Program-made: the position numbers and the translations under genes
Source: a candidate division WWE3 bacterium
GTDB taxonomy: Bacteria; Patescibacteriota; 4484-211; GCA-002791395
Assembly (NCBI GenBank): GCA_013335095.1
Contig: JAAXWF010000002.1
Location: 146,516 to 203,565, forward strand
Reading direction: 5' to 3'
DNA length: 57,050 nt
The notes under the pieces: generated by a model
The model's input: only the letters and a program-made list of their open reading frames with translations
What the model was told of the DNA's origin: nothing
The model's database searches: none
Part shown: one piece after another, positions 36,251-45,050 of the stretch
Layout: every line of letters begins with the position of its first letter
Numbering within the stretch: the first letter of the stretch is position 1

Positions 36251-36931
36251 ATGAGAATACTCATTGTTGAAGACGATCACAAAATAGCCGGTGCAATAAA
36301 AAAAGGTCTGGCGCAAGAATCATTTGCAGTAGATGTAGCATTTGATGGTCAAGATGGGTTTGATTTGGCATCAAGCGAAGAATATGACCTCATCGTCCTG
36401 GATCGAATGCTTCCAGGAATGGATGGAATACAGGTATGCACCAAACTCCGAGACCAATCGATACACACACCCATATTAATGCTCACCGCAAAAGGACAAG
36501 TCGAAAACAGAGTCGAGGGACTGAATGCAGGAGCTGATGATTATCTGGTAAAACCGTTTGCCTTTTCTGAGCTTATCGCGCGCATACGGGCACTTCTAAG
36601 ACGCCCACATATAGCGAATGATCCGGTCTTACAGATCGAAGACTTAATGCTTAATCCCCAAACATTTGACGTAAAACGAGGTGAAAAACCGATTCAATTA
36701 TCTAAAAAAGAATTTGCACTTCTCGAGTATTTAATACGAAACCCAAATAAGATTCTAACCAAAGATCAAATCATTAACCACGTTTGGGAATATGACTCGG
36801 ACATATTGCCCAATACTGTCGAAGTGTACATCGGCTATTTACGCAACAAAGTTGATAAACAATTTCCGGCACTTCCATCGCTCATTCAAACAGTGCGCGG
36901 TTTTGGATATCGAATTGGGGTGAGTCCGTAA
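36251..36931 (+). CDS. OmpR/PhoB-family response regulator.
   Basis: The receiver domain shows MRILIVEDD, DLIVLDRMLPGMDG and LTAK. A winged-helix C-terminal domain follows (LSKKEFALLEYL...VRGFGYRI). TATAAT at 36238-36243 lies 7 nt upstream of the ATG at 36251. Confidence 0.9.
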   Translation: MRILIVEDDHKIAGAIKKGLAQESFAVDVAFDGQDGFDLASSEEYDLIVLDRMLPGMDGIQVCTKLRDQSIHTPILMLTAKGQVENRVEGLNAGADDYLVKPFAFSELIARIRALLRRPHIANDPVLQIEDLMLNPQTFDVKRGEKPIQLSKKEFALLEYLIRNPNKILTKDQIINHVWEYDSDILPNTVEVYIGYLRNKVDKQFPALPSLIQTVRGFGYRIGVSP

Positions 36932-36932
36932 C

Positions 36933-37931
36933 ATGTTTGAATCTGCCCGACTTAAACTCACTGCATGGTATTTAGCGATCATCGCGATACTAAGTCTGTC
37001 GTTTAGTCTTCTTGTATATCAAGGAATACGCGGCGAAATAAATCGCACGGTAAGCGAACAGCGTGAAAATATAGAGCTAATATCGCATGGTACAGTAACG
37101 ATCGACTCGGCATTAGAAGATAAGCTCCAACGTCGTGTTTTACTCAACATGTTTTTGATCGATATAGTGATACTGATTTTGACCGGTGGCGCTGGCTATC
37201 TTTTGGCTGGTAAAACGATGCGTCCGATCGAGGCGATGCTTGAAGAACAAAAACGATTTGTCAGTGATGCCTCGCACGAACTCCGCACACCACTAACTGC
37301 GCTTGCGACTTCTACTGAGGTTGCTTTACGAGATAAAAATTTAAGTATGAATGAGGCAAGGGAAGTCCTGCAAAGTAATTTAGATGATGTGTCGGAATTG
37401 CAAGATTTAATTAATCATCTTTTAGAATTAGCACGTTTCCAGCAAAATAAAGAACCAGAGCAACTCGACGACGTCGCGCTTGATGACGCAATAGAATCGG
37501 GCATACAAAAAGTTAAGCATCTAGCCGAACAAAAAAACATTCACATCACCGCTCATTTACTGCCCGTTCGGATTAAAGCCCATTCCTCGAGAATTACCGA
37601 ATTAATCATAATACTTCTAGACAATGCCATAAAGTACAGTAGCCCTGATAAAAAGATTACCATTGATGTTCATGACACAAAAAATAATGTAATTATTGAA
37701 GTTCGGGATCAAGGTATCGGAATATCACCCGATGAATTGCCCCACATATTTGATCGATTTTACCGAGTTGATCAATCGCGCAATCGGACATGCCAGGATG
37801 GATATGGACTTGGTTTATCGATCGCTCAAAAAATAGTTCACGCATATAAGGGATCAATAAACGTAACAAGCAAGGCAAATGAAGGTAGTCTATTTACGAT
37901 TATGTTTCCACAAAGCAGTCTTAAGAAGTAG
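36933..37931 (+). CDS. Sensor histidine kinase, partner of the OmpR-type regulator.
   Basis: It has two TM helices, a HisKA H-box (SHELRTPLT) and HATPase N, G1 and G2 boxes (LDNAIKYS, DQGIGI, GYGLGLSIA). Confidence 0.9.
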   Translation: MFESARLKLTAWYLAIIAILSLSFSLLVYQGIRGEINRTVSEQRENIELISHGTVTIDSALEDKLQRRVLLNMFLIDIVILILTGGAGYLLAGKTMRPIEAMLEEQKRFVSDASHELRTPLTALATSTEVALRDKNLSMNEAREVLQSNLDDVSELQDLINHLLELARFQQNKEPEQLDDVALDDAIESGIQKVKHLAEQKNIHITAHLLPVRIKAHSSRITELIIILLDNAIKYSSPDKKITIDVHDTKNNVIIEVRDQGIGISPDELPHIFDRFYRVDQSRNRTCQDGYGLGLSIAQKIVHAYKGSINVTSKANEGSLFTIMFPQSSLKK

Positions 37932-37935
37932 ATAA

Positions 37936-38541
37936 TTAATTGAAACGGATGCTGCTCGTAATATCATCAAGGATGCTCATATTGGCATCGATCGAATCGC
38001 CCAAGTAAACCAAATTATATCGAGGAAAATCTTCTAAGAGCGGGCCGAATCCATGATTTTGCGGCGAGGCGAATAGCACGTAATAAGTTTTATTATCAGC
38101 AAGTCGGTAGTAAACTCTTTTTTCCACTGAGTACTCCAGTACATTTTTATTTGAAGTAATGACATCACAAACAGTATTGTTATCATTTTGCTCTCCACAA
38201 TAATCCGGATTATTAACATACGGATCAAAACCAGTAAAAAGAGAATCGACACTCAAAAGCCATTCGACACCATTACTCTTTATCGAGATTTGATGAGTTT
38301 CATTGGTATCTGTTGCTGCTGATGTTTCGGGAACTACACTAACCGTCCAATCCGAAGGATATTTAAAGGATATTTTGGTATTGGCATCGGTATAATCACT
38401 CCAATTTATTGCGGTATTTTGTGGGGTAAAAGTCTGTTGGGTTGTAGGATTTGCCTGAGTACGTGCCCAATAATAATAACCACCACCGGCACAAATGATC
38501 AGGAAAATAACAAGACTATTTAAAACTAATCTTTTATTCAT
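37936..38541 (-). CDS. Secreted or anchored hypothetical protein (201 aa).
   Basis: An N-terminal TM/signal segment is present (LVLNSLVIFLIICAGGGYYYW). I recognise no motif. Confidence 0.5.
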   Translation of the reverse strand: MNKRLVLNSLVIFLIICAGGGYYYWARTQANPTTQQTFTPQNTAINWSDYTDANTKISFKYPSDWTVSVVPETSAATDTNETHQISIKSNGVEWLLSVDSLFTGFDPYVNNPDYCGEQNDNNTVCDVITSNKNVLEYSVEKRVYYRLADNKTYYVLFASPQNHGFGPLLEDFPRYNLVYLGDSIDANMSILDDITSSIRFN

Positions 38542-38585
38542 TCACTTTATAGTATACTCCTGATCGATTTTTTTAAAGAGGTCTT

Positions 38586-38617
38586 AAAAAAGGCCACGGC
38601 GATTGTACACCGTGGCC
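38586..38617 (-). terminator. Intrinsic terminator after gene 38644..38991.
   Basis: A perfect 8-bp stem (GGCCACGG-CGATTGTACA-CCGTGGCC) is followed on the minus strand by 6 T. Confidence 0.7.
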
Positions 38618-38643
38618 GGCGCAACTAAAGATCAGGCGGCAAA

Positions 38644-38991
38644 TTAGTCATCCTGATCAAGTAAGATATGCAAGACACGGCAATACATAGCTTTGAGTTC
38701 TCGTTGATCAGCATGAGGAAACATCCGGTGAAACGGATTGTCGGCATCCTTCATATGCAGATGATAGCCGATTTCTCCCCGCGACACGGTTATCGCGACG
38801 TTCACATTTCCCAGAGCAAATGTAAAACCATCGACGGTTAAGCGTAGATCCGAAATATCCTGAGATCGCCAATCATTGCCGACGACTCGGCTTAGATCAG
38901 CGATATATAAAATGAGCTGTCGGATACTTGATTCCCAAGCCGGGACAAGCCTCATTTGAGGCCGCATAGGGGGCATCGGCACTGCGGTCAT
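38644..38991 (-). CDS. Hypothetical protein (115 aa) in a G+C-rich island.
   Basis: The ATG at 38991 has AAGGAGGA 5 nt upstream. The ORF-track start at 39072 has no SD. One 60-nt line inside it gave about 62% G+C by hand count. Confidence 0.55.
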   Translation of the reverse strand: MTAVPMPPMRPQMRLVPAWESSIRQLILYIADLSRVVGNDWRSQDISDLRLTVDGFTFALGNVNVAITVSRGEIGYHLHMKDADNPFHRMFPHADQRELKAMYCRVLHILLDQDD

Positions 38992-39198
38992 CTGATCCTC
39001 CTTAAGCGATATGGCACACGCCACATCATTGCTATTAATTCCGATTTCAAAATCCCGTAATGATCTAAACATATTGATAGGCCACTACCGAACTTCGTGA
39101 ATGCGGTGAAAATCACTAATAAAACAGCATGAAATGAGAAATTGCATTATACGAGATTAAAAGCACCAAATCAATCACTATAAGTCGAAGCATGGGGG

Positions 39199-40800
39199 CT
39201 ATTCTGGATCAACTTTGACAAAGTTAAACTGCAAAAAATCTGCTTCTGACTGGAATATGTATGTCTCATCAGGATACAATGGTAAATTCATTCCAAAATA
39301 TTGTGAAAATATTAACCGAAACGTGTTTACCGGAGTCAATGTGGAATATAACTGAGCGTAATCTTGATCAGGAAAGTAGATTGCATTTAAAATCCGAGTC
39401 CGTTCATGGATAGAATCGGTATTTGATTGATCAAACGTATACATATTCTTCATTTTACTAACCAAAGGATTCGGACCTTCATCGGATTGAATAATAATGA
39501 TAGGTTCACGATCCGTCTGGCTTAAGATTCTATCGACCTCCGACATGATTTGTTGATTACCGCATTTTAATTGCTCTATATATGCACTAACAGTATTTTC
39601 ATACCGCTCAATAAGTGGTTTCACATTACAGTTCGCATCGGAAACATATGGTTCGTGAGGTACAAGAATGTGAGCGAATACAAACTTTGGGCCTTTCTTA
39701 GTAACCAGTTCAGGCAGTTCAGAGAATGCGTATTGCTGACTACGGATATGTAAATCGACCCGATCAAGCAGTGCAATATTATTAATAAATGAAGACAAAA
39801 TTGTCGTGTAAATAAATCCACCGGTAAATCCATCGAGCTGTTGCACCGGATCGAACATAAGATTGTCCGACGCATTCGAGCTGGCCTTTGTTGGTTCATA
39901 CCACGATCCTAAATGATAATATTCATACCCAAACGATCTTAGCGTATGGACCACTCGATTATCTGTGAGCATGGGAATCACGACGGTATTTTCAAAATTA
40001 TTACCCAGTTCATTCCCACTTTCTTCAAGTTGTTTTTTTAAAGTTGGGAGATATTCCATATTTAATGAAGTAGCGAGTGAATATGATGTCCGGGGATAAT
40101 TCGTGTGACTATCCGATAAAAAGTAGAATCCACGATCTTTGAAAAAATCCGTCAATTTCTGATTATCATACGAGTACATCTCTTTGAGGGTTTTATCTCC
40201 TGCATATCGATCAAAGATAAAATAATAGATATCAGGTAATTCATCCTTTGATTTTTGGATATTCGACTGCACCGGTGTAGGAGTGGGTATTACTAACAGA
40301 GGAGTACGCACTTTTATCGAACCACGGCTCAGATTTGGCACAACCGTAACCACAAGCGAGAAAATCAGGGTAATACCGATCACATTGAAGGTACGGGTAA
40401 TGACTGGAAAAATCTGTTTATATTTTACTAACAAGATTAGCGAGCCAACCAATACGACTCCCCAAAATACAAATAAAATAGTTTGAATCGGTATCGGTTG
40501 GAACGCCTCGATTATATGGCCATGTGAAAAAAATATGATTGCAAAAATAGTTGTTAAAAAACCTGCTCGTTGAATATCCCTTATAAACAGCCAACCCATG
40601 ATAAATACGATCACAAAAATAACTAGGCTAAAAAGGCTAATCAGCATTAACTGGGTTATATCTGATTCATCGATATTTATTGCAAAATAAAAGAAGGCGG
40701 GATAAAGGGTAAAGACTAATGCATGCCAGGGTAATTTCCCCAAAACTGGGAGTATTTTCTTCATAACGATGTGCTCATTATAACAGTCCTTTAGTGTCAA
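39199..40800 (-). CDS. Polytopic membrane protein with a C-terminal alkaline-phosphatase-superfamily (sulfatase/LTA-synthase-like) domain.
   Basis: About 5 N-terminal TM helices are followed by a soluble domain containing IYYFIFDRYAG and IIIIQSDEGP, which resemble the family's metal-site and catalytic regions. An alternative start exists at 40764. Confidence 0.55.
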   Translation of the reverse strand: MTLKDCYNEHIVMKKILPVLGKLPWHALVFTLYPAFFYFAINIDESDITQLMLISLFSLVIFVIVFIMGWLFIRDIQRAGFLTTIFAIIFFSHGHIIEAFQPIPIQTILFVFWGVVLVGSLILLVKYKQIFPVITRTFNVIGITLIFSLVVTVVPNLSRGSIKVRTPLLVIPTPTPVQSNIQKSKDELPDIYYFIFDRYAGDKTLKEMYSYDNQKLTDFFKDRGFYFLSDSHTNYPRTSYSLATSLNMEYLPTLKKQLEESGNELGNNFENTVVIPMLTDNRVVHTLRSFGYEYYHLGSWYEPTKASSNASDNLMFDPVQQLDGFTGGFIYTTILSSFINNIALLDRVDLHIRSQQYAFSELPELVTKKGPKFVFAHILVPHEPYVSDANCNVKPLIERYENTVSAYIEQLKCGNQQIMSEVDRILSQTDREPIIIIQSDEGPNPLVSKMKNMYTFDQSNTDSIHERTRILNAIYFPDQDYAQLYSTLTPVNTFRLIFSQYFGMNLPLYPDETYIFQSEADFLQFNFVKVDPE

Positions 40801-40812
40801 AGCGGGTGTTAT

Positions 40813-41721
40813 TTAACGATTAGATACGAGTGTTTTGGTTATTTGGCCGGCTAGTTCTTGCCCAGCATCTTTTTGATCCGACTGAGACAATACGCTTACG
40901 GCATAGGGACGATTGTGTAGATACACGACTCCGGCATCATGGAATAATCCGTTAAGATATCCGGTTTTATGGGCTATAAGTACCGATGGTTCAACGTATC
41001 GGGGCAATCCTTCGTTGAGTTGCTGATCTAATAACATTGATACCATTGTTGTGGTATTGGATGTGTTGGCAAGTTTGCGTTGGTAGAGAAGTTCCCAAAA
41101 TAGATTGATGTCATGGGCACTGGTATACGCAGGAGTGCCTAAAATTGAATCGGTCATTTGATGTTCGGTAAGAAAATTTTTTATGGTGATAAATCCGACT
41201 TTTTCGACGAGCGTAGTTGCCAGAGGGTTATCCGAGACAGTGATCATTTGCCGGACCGCGTCTTTTATTGTTACGGCAGGGGATTCAGAGGTTGCTTCAA
41301 TGAGGACCTCGTCTTCGGTCAGTGTTCCTCGTTCAATTTCTTGATATACGGTTGCCATGACCCACAGTTTGTATAAGCTTGCGGTTTCAAAGATTTCATG
41401 GTCGTTTACTGAATATTGTTTAGAGAAGTCGTTTAAGTTTGTGATGACGATCGCGGCTTTACCTGGAAAATTGTGCACCAGTTCATTTATCGTCGAGGTT
41501 GATGAATCGAGTATGGTACTGGTTGGAGTTGGCGCAACAATAGATGGGGTCGGCGTGGGTTTTGACTGGGCAATCGTCACTCCGGATGCAGTTTGGACGA
41601 TTTGGTACCGAGTACTAGCCAAAATAGCTACGATTAATGCACTTGTCGCGATGGAGCTAAATACTGGGGTGCGTATAAATGACGTAGCTAGGTTTAGGGC
41701 TTCGTTGATTTTTTTATTCAT
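40813..41721 (-). CDS. Class-A beta-lactamase-like serine hydrolase, secreted.
   Basis: The SxxK motif (ASLYKL), SDN motif (VSDNP) and KTG motif (HKTGY) occur in the correct order and spacing. The N-terminus has a TM/signal segment and a PT linker. Confidence 0.7.
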   Translation of the reverse strand: MNKKINEALNLATSFIRTPVFSSIATSALIVAILASTRYQIVQTASGVTIAQSKPTPTPSIVAPTPTSTILDSSTSTINELVHNFPGKAAIVITNLNDFSKQYSVNDHEIFETASLYKLWVMATVYQEIERGTLTEDEVLIEATSESPAVTIKDAVRQMITVSDNPLATTLVEKVGFITIKNFLTEHQMTDSILGTPAYTSAHDINLFWELLYQRKLANTSNTTTMVSMLLDQQLNEGLPRYVEPSVLIAHKTGYLNGLFHDAGVVYLHNRPYAVSVLSQSDQKDAGQELAGQITKTLVSNR

Positions 41722-41831
41722 AGTAATTGGGTGGTACTAGTCTATTTTACAGGCAAATAGTACCTCACGTATCTTAATAATTGTTTAAAAAATGGTCAAC
41801 TCTTGGAGTTAGAACAAATAAGGTAAATATC

Positions 41832-41846
41832 AATGGTGAGCGAGAA
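41832..41846. repeat. Degenerate direct copy of the 3' end of tRNA-Leu (candidate att remnant).
   Basis: AATGGTGAGCGAGAA at 41832-41846 matches AATGGTGGGCGAGAG at 43184-43198 at 13 of 15 positions, in the same orientation. The two copies bracket the Shedu gene. Confidence 0.4.
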
Positions 41847-41915
41847 GTTTTTGTCCGGTAAGAAACCAAACTAATTTAAGGTTGATATATGAAGTGCAAT
41901 TCGACGTGTAGCAAA

Positions 41916-43103
41916 TCAAAATGGTTGAGTTAACACTGGGTCGGGTTCTGGGCTTACAACTGTATTGGTAATAATGTTTTGTGCACGATGAAGCAATTCA
42001 TCGAAAGTTATAATTTCTGGGTTTGTCGTATGTCTTCTGAGTAGTTCGAATGAACGAATTTTATTTTGATTGTGTCTACGACCATCATGGAATTGGTTAA
42101 GTGAACCAACAACTAAAATGCCTTTCGGTTGGTACGAATAGATGGGTTTTTCTTGATCAAAGCCATCTTCATCTGTTGGACGGAAAACTTCACGGTGTTG
42201 TACACCAACCCAATCTTGGATCGTCGCCTGCATTTGAGCAACTCCCCCGGCAAGTTCATCCGACGGTCGATAGATACCTGAACGGTACTCCGTGGTATTC
42301 AGTAATGTGGTATCCGGTTTCTTTATCTCTACAAAAACGGTTGTCGCAATTTCTGCTGCTACTTGGGTAAATCCATCAGGCCGCCTACCGGCTCCAACTA
42401 CTGTGTGGCCAGTTGTTGGTTGTTCAAACGTATGACCAATCCGATGTAACCACTTGTAACTTAGTCCATAGCCAAAAATCCATTCATTAGCTTCAAAAAA
42501 ATCCTGCCACATAGGTTCACTCCAATCCGATGCATTAATATGCTGTCCAAATTGATCAAATGCTAATTGTCGCAATTCCTGAATACGTCCGTAGGATAAT
42601 CTATTTGCACTCTCAGGGCTAATTTCCGCAAGTTCTGACCAAAAATCGTCCGAGTAATTACCATGAAGAAGTCCTTGAATTATTGCTTGTCTTCCTTGTG
42701 GAACGCGAACAACTTCATCCGCTCTTTCCAGTGTAAAAGTCGGTACGGCACCATTCATTCCCAAGTTGTTCCTGCAGTATTCGAATAATCGATCTAAGAT
42801 TGCTTGTAGAGCAAGGGTTTGCTCACTATTTAGCTTCATGCGAACCTCTTGTCCAGCTGGCAACTGCCTGAGGTTAAAATGGTCACAATCCTCGAAGGTT
42901 CCGTCTGCTTTTCGCCGTTGGTGGACGATCGATAGCCTTAACGGGGCATTTGGATTTTGTGGGTTGGGGTCAATAAATTCAGCCTTTACTACTTTTCGTG
43001 TCGACGACTGCCCGTCACTATTTGGCAAAGGTATTGGTTCAAACTGACGGATGTCCGGAATATAGTTGACCGGCATCCAATTGTGCTCGTCAGAAATCGG
43101 CAT
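41916..43103 (-). CDS. sduA: Shedu anti-phage defence protein (SduA, DUF4263 PD-(D/E)xK nuclease domain).
   Basis: The C-terminal half matches the DUF4263 pattern: MWQDFFEANEWIFGYGL...GRRPDGFTQ...VFVEIKKPDTTLL...AGGVAQMQATIQDW...KGILVVGSL...EIITFDELLHRAQ. Confidence 0.8.
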   Translation of the reverse strand: MPISDEHNWMPVNYIPDIRQFEPIPLPNSDGQSSTRKVVKAEFIDPNPQNPNAPLRLSIVHQRRKADGTFEDCDHFNLRQLPAGQEVRMKLNSEQTLALQAILDRLFEYCRNNLGMNGAVPTFTLERADEVVRVPQGRQAIIQGLLHGNYSDDFWSELAEISPESANRLSYGRIQELRQLAFDQFGQHINASDWSEPMWQDFFEANEWIFGYGLSYKWLHRIGHTFEQPTTGHTVVGAGRRPDGFTQVAAEIATTVFVEIKKPDTTLLNTTEYRSGIYRPSDELAGGVAQMQATIQDWVGVQHREVFRPTDEDGFDQEKPIYSYQPKGILVVGSLNQFHDGRRHNQNKIRSFELLRRHTTNPEIITFDELLHRAQNIITNTVVSPEPDPVLTQPF

Positions 43104-43185
43104 GCCGACATTTTACACCCAAAAACAACATAAGTAGTACTCTGGGAGACTTTAGAAAAGAAAATATGCTTGCAAGCAAGAAGAA

Positions 43186-43275
43186 TGGTGGGCGAGAGAG
43201 GACTCGAACCTCCAAGGGATTTGAATGCCCACAACGACCTCAACGTTGCGCGTCTGCCAGTTTCGCCACTCGCCC
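43186..43275 (-). tRNA. tRNA-Leu (anticodon GAG), long variable arm, encoded CCA.
   Basis: I folded it by hand. The acceptor stem pairs GGGCGAG with CTCGCCC. The anticodon stem-loop is CAACG-TTGAGGT-CGTTG. The variable arm is long, and the T arm is GGAGG-TTCGAGT-CCTCT. Confidence 0.9.
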
Positions 43276-43360
43276 GAAGCAAAACAACAGTTGTATTGTA
43301 GCACATACCTACAGTAAATCTGGACAACACCAACCGAATTCGCTACTCTATATATAGGTA

Positions 43361-43957
43361 ATGTTAAAAAAGATCACTTCCACTTGGCACGGCTTTAGTA
43401 CTCTCCAAAAAATACTCTTCATAGTTGGAATTCTACTTGGATTCATTGCTGCAACATTAGTGGTATTTGAACTTCTCTCACGTGTATGCCCGGCTTATTA
43501 TCCTGCAGTTGACGTAAGCTGTGCCGAACTTGATGAAAAGTACGCCCCAAACGGAGGTGAAATACCTTACTTCATGCAACCCCAAAAACAATCGCTTGAT
43601 GAAGTTCTAGAAGATCAAATCATCTATGTCCCGCAAGAAGAGATTGGTACATTAAACGGGATAACCTGCGGCTACTATGCGTACGTATCAAAAGATCTTC
43701 CTGGACCAGCCAAAACGTACGTATCGATACATGAAGCAATGCACGTTCTTGGAGAAGGTAGCGAAACACAAGCCAACCTAAAAGCCGCTAAACTAGCACC
43801 GTTTGGCATGATCGTAACAGTCATTCATACCGCACTCGCAAGCTTTACCCGTACCCCAATCCAAAACTGGCCATGCACCTTAGGTCGATTATGGGGAACG
43901 TTCAAAGTATATTTCCTCGGAAATGATTGGAGTGGTGGGGATATGACTATCTTTTAA
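43361..43957 (+). CDS. Membrane-anchored hypothetical protein with an HExxH motif (putative small zinc metalloprotease).
   Basis: It has an N-terminal TM helix and the motif HEAMHVLGE. Its 3' end overlaps the convergent gene by 11 nt. Confidence 0.45.
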   Translation: MLKKITSTWHGFSTLQKILFIVGILLGFIAATLVVFELLSRVCPAYYPAVDVSCAELDEKYAPNGGEIPYFMQPQKQSLDEVLEDQIIYVPQEEIGTLNGITCGYYAYVSKDLPGPAKTYVSIHEAMHVLGEGSETQANLKAAKLAPFGMIVTVIHTALASFTRTPIQNWPCTLGRLWGTFKVYFLGNDWSGGDMTIF

Positions 43958-45050
43958 TATCGGATCGCCATGGAGCAGCGTTGTGTGATTTCTTTTCTAA
44001 ATAACGAGCCGTATACTGTAATCCAGCAGCCGAAGAAACAATTCCAAATATCGCCGTAATAAGCATCCATCCTTCGAGTCCCGCAGTCTCTGGTAAATTC
44101 GTATTTTCATTTTGTTGAGCAGCCAAAACCTGAGGTTTATACACCAAACACACCGTCACACTATCAGACGCATAACGATCATTATTAATCACCACATTGA
44201 CCACATTATCAACACACTTTTGAGTATCGTTGGGAACATTCTTTGTATTAGTCTTGGTGACAATAACTAATCGCTCTTGTTGACCTTTTACTAAGGTCGG
44301 AATAGTATGATCGACGCTTCCGTTTAGCCACTCAAGATTATCGGGCAACGTATCGATCAATCGAACATTCGAAAGATCAGATTCACCAACGTTACGTACA
44401 ACAATTTCAAACTCTAATTCTTTACCGGCACTAATTTGCTCAATACGATCGACCCAATCCCCAGAATCTTTAACCCGAACTCGTTTTTGAACTTGAAGAA
44501 CCTGCAAAGATGACGGAGTTGTAGGAGTCGGCGTCAAAGTAACGGTAGCCGATGGTGTAGGGGTCAACGTAACCGTAGTTGTTGGAGTTGGAGTAATCGT
44601 TCCGGTTGGGGTCGGTGTAGGGGTTATCGATGTAGCTGGTGTCGGAGTCGGGGTATCAGTCGCACAAACTTTATCTGACAGTCCTTCCCAAGTGCCATCT
44701 TTCCAATCCAAATTTAACTGCCACTTGGCACAAATTTGACCAAATCCGACCTGGAAGGTTTCGTTGGGTTGAATCGTCTTGGTTCCACGCATATCTCCGC
44801 ATTCTTTTCCATCCCACTGTGCCCAGCAATCGAGTTCCCATTTCACATCGATCGGTGATGTCGTAATGTTTTTAAGCTGATATTTCCCTGGCTTTGACCA
44901 TTCTCCTGACACCGGGGTAATCTCGATACTGTTGACTGAACTTGTAGCAAACACGGCCTTACTACCGACAGCGAGGACTAAAGTCCCTGCCAACATAAAC
45001 GCGAGAGTTCGCCAAAAAACTAGTTGTGGTTGAATTCGTTGGTTTTGCAT
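43947..45050 (-). CDS. Cell-surface protein with a DUF11 repeat domain, a PT linker and a C-terminal sortase-type anchor.
   Basis: A signal peptide is present. The DUF11-like stretch reads ISAGKELEFEIVVRNVGESDLSNVRLIDTLPDNL. The C-terminus has LPETAG, then a hydrophobic helix and a basic tail. Confidence 0.7.
   Translation of the reverse strand: MQNQRIQPQLVFWRTLAFMLAGTLVLAVGSKAVFATSSVNSIEITPVSGEWSKPGKYQLKNITTSPIDVKWELDCWAQWDGKECGDMRGTKTIQPNETFQVGFGQICAKWQLNLDWKDGTWEGLSDKVCATDTPTPTPATSITPTPTPTGTITPTPTTTVTLTPTPSATVTLTPTPTTPSSLQVLQVQKRVRVKDSGDWVDRIEQISAGKELEFEIVVRNVGESDLSNVRLIDTLPDNLEWLNGSVDHTIPTLVKGQQERLVIVTKTNTKNVPNDTQKCVDNVVNVVINNDRYASDSVTVCLVYKPQVLAAQQNENTNLPETAGLEGWMLITAIFGIVSSAAGLQYTARYLEKKSHNAAPWRSDIKR

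Noticed and set aside
13217-39000. I considered that the GC-rich single-gene cassettes with 3' hairpins might be integron gene cassettes with attC sites.
   Set aside because: The cassettes are dispersed rather than arrayed. Each has its own promoter-like -10 box. The hairpins are followed by T-runs, so they are terminators, and they lack the RYYYAAC/GTTRRRY attC cores. No IntI integrase is present.
42989-43333. A 114-aa minus-strand ORF spans tRNA-Leu. ORFs 51516..51734 and 51593..51805 similarly span tRNA-Gly.
   Set aside because: They overlap well-folded tRNA genes and have no translation signals. They are artefactual.
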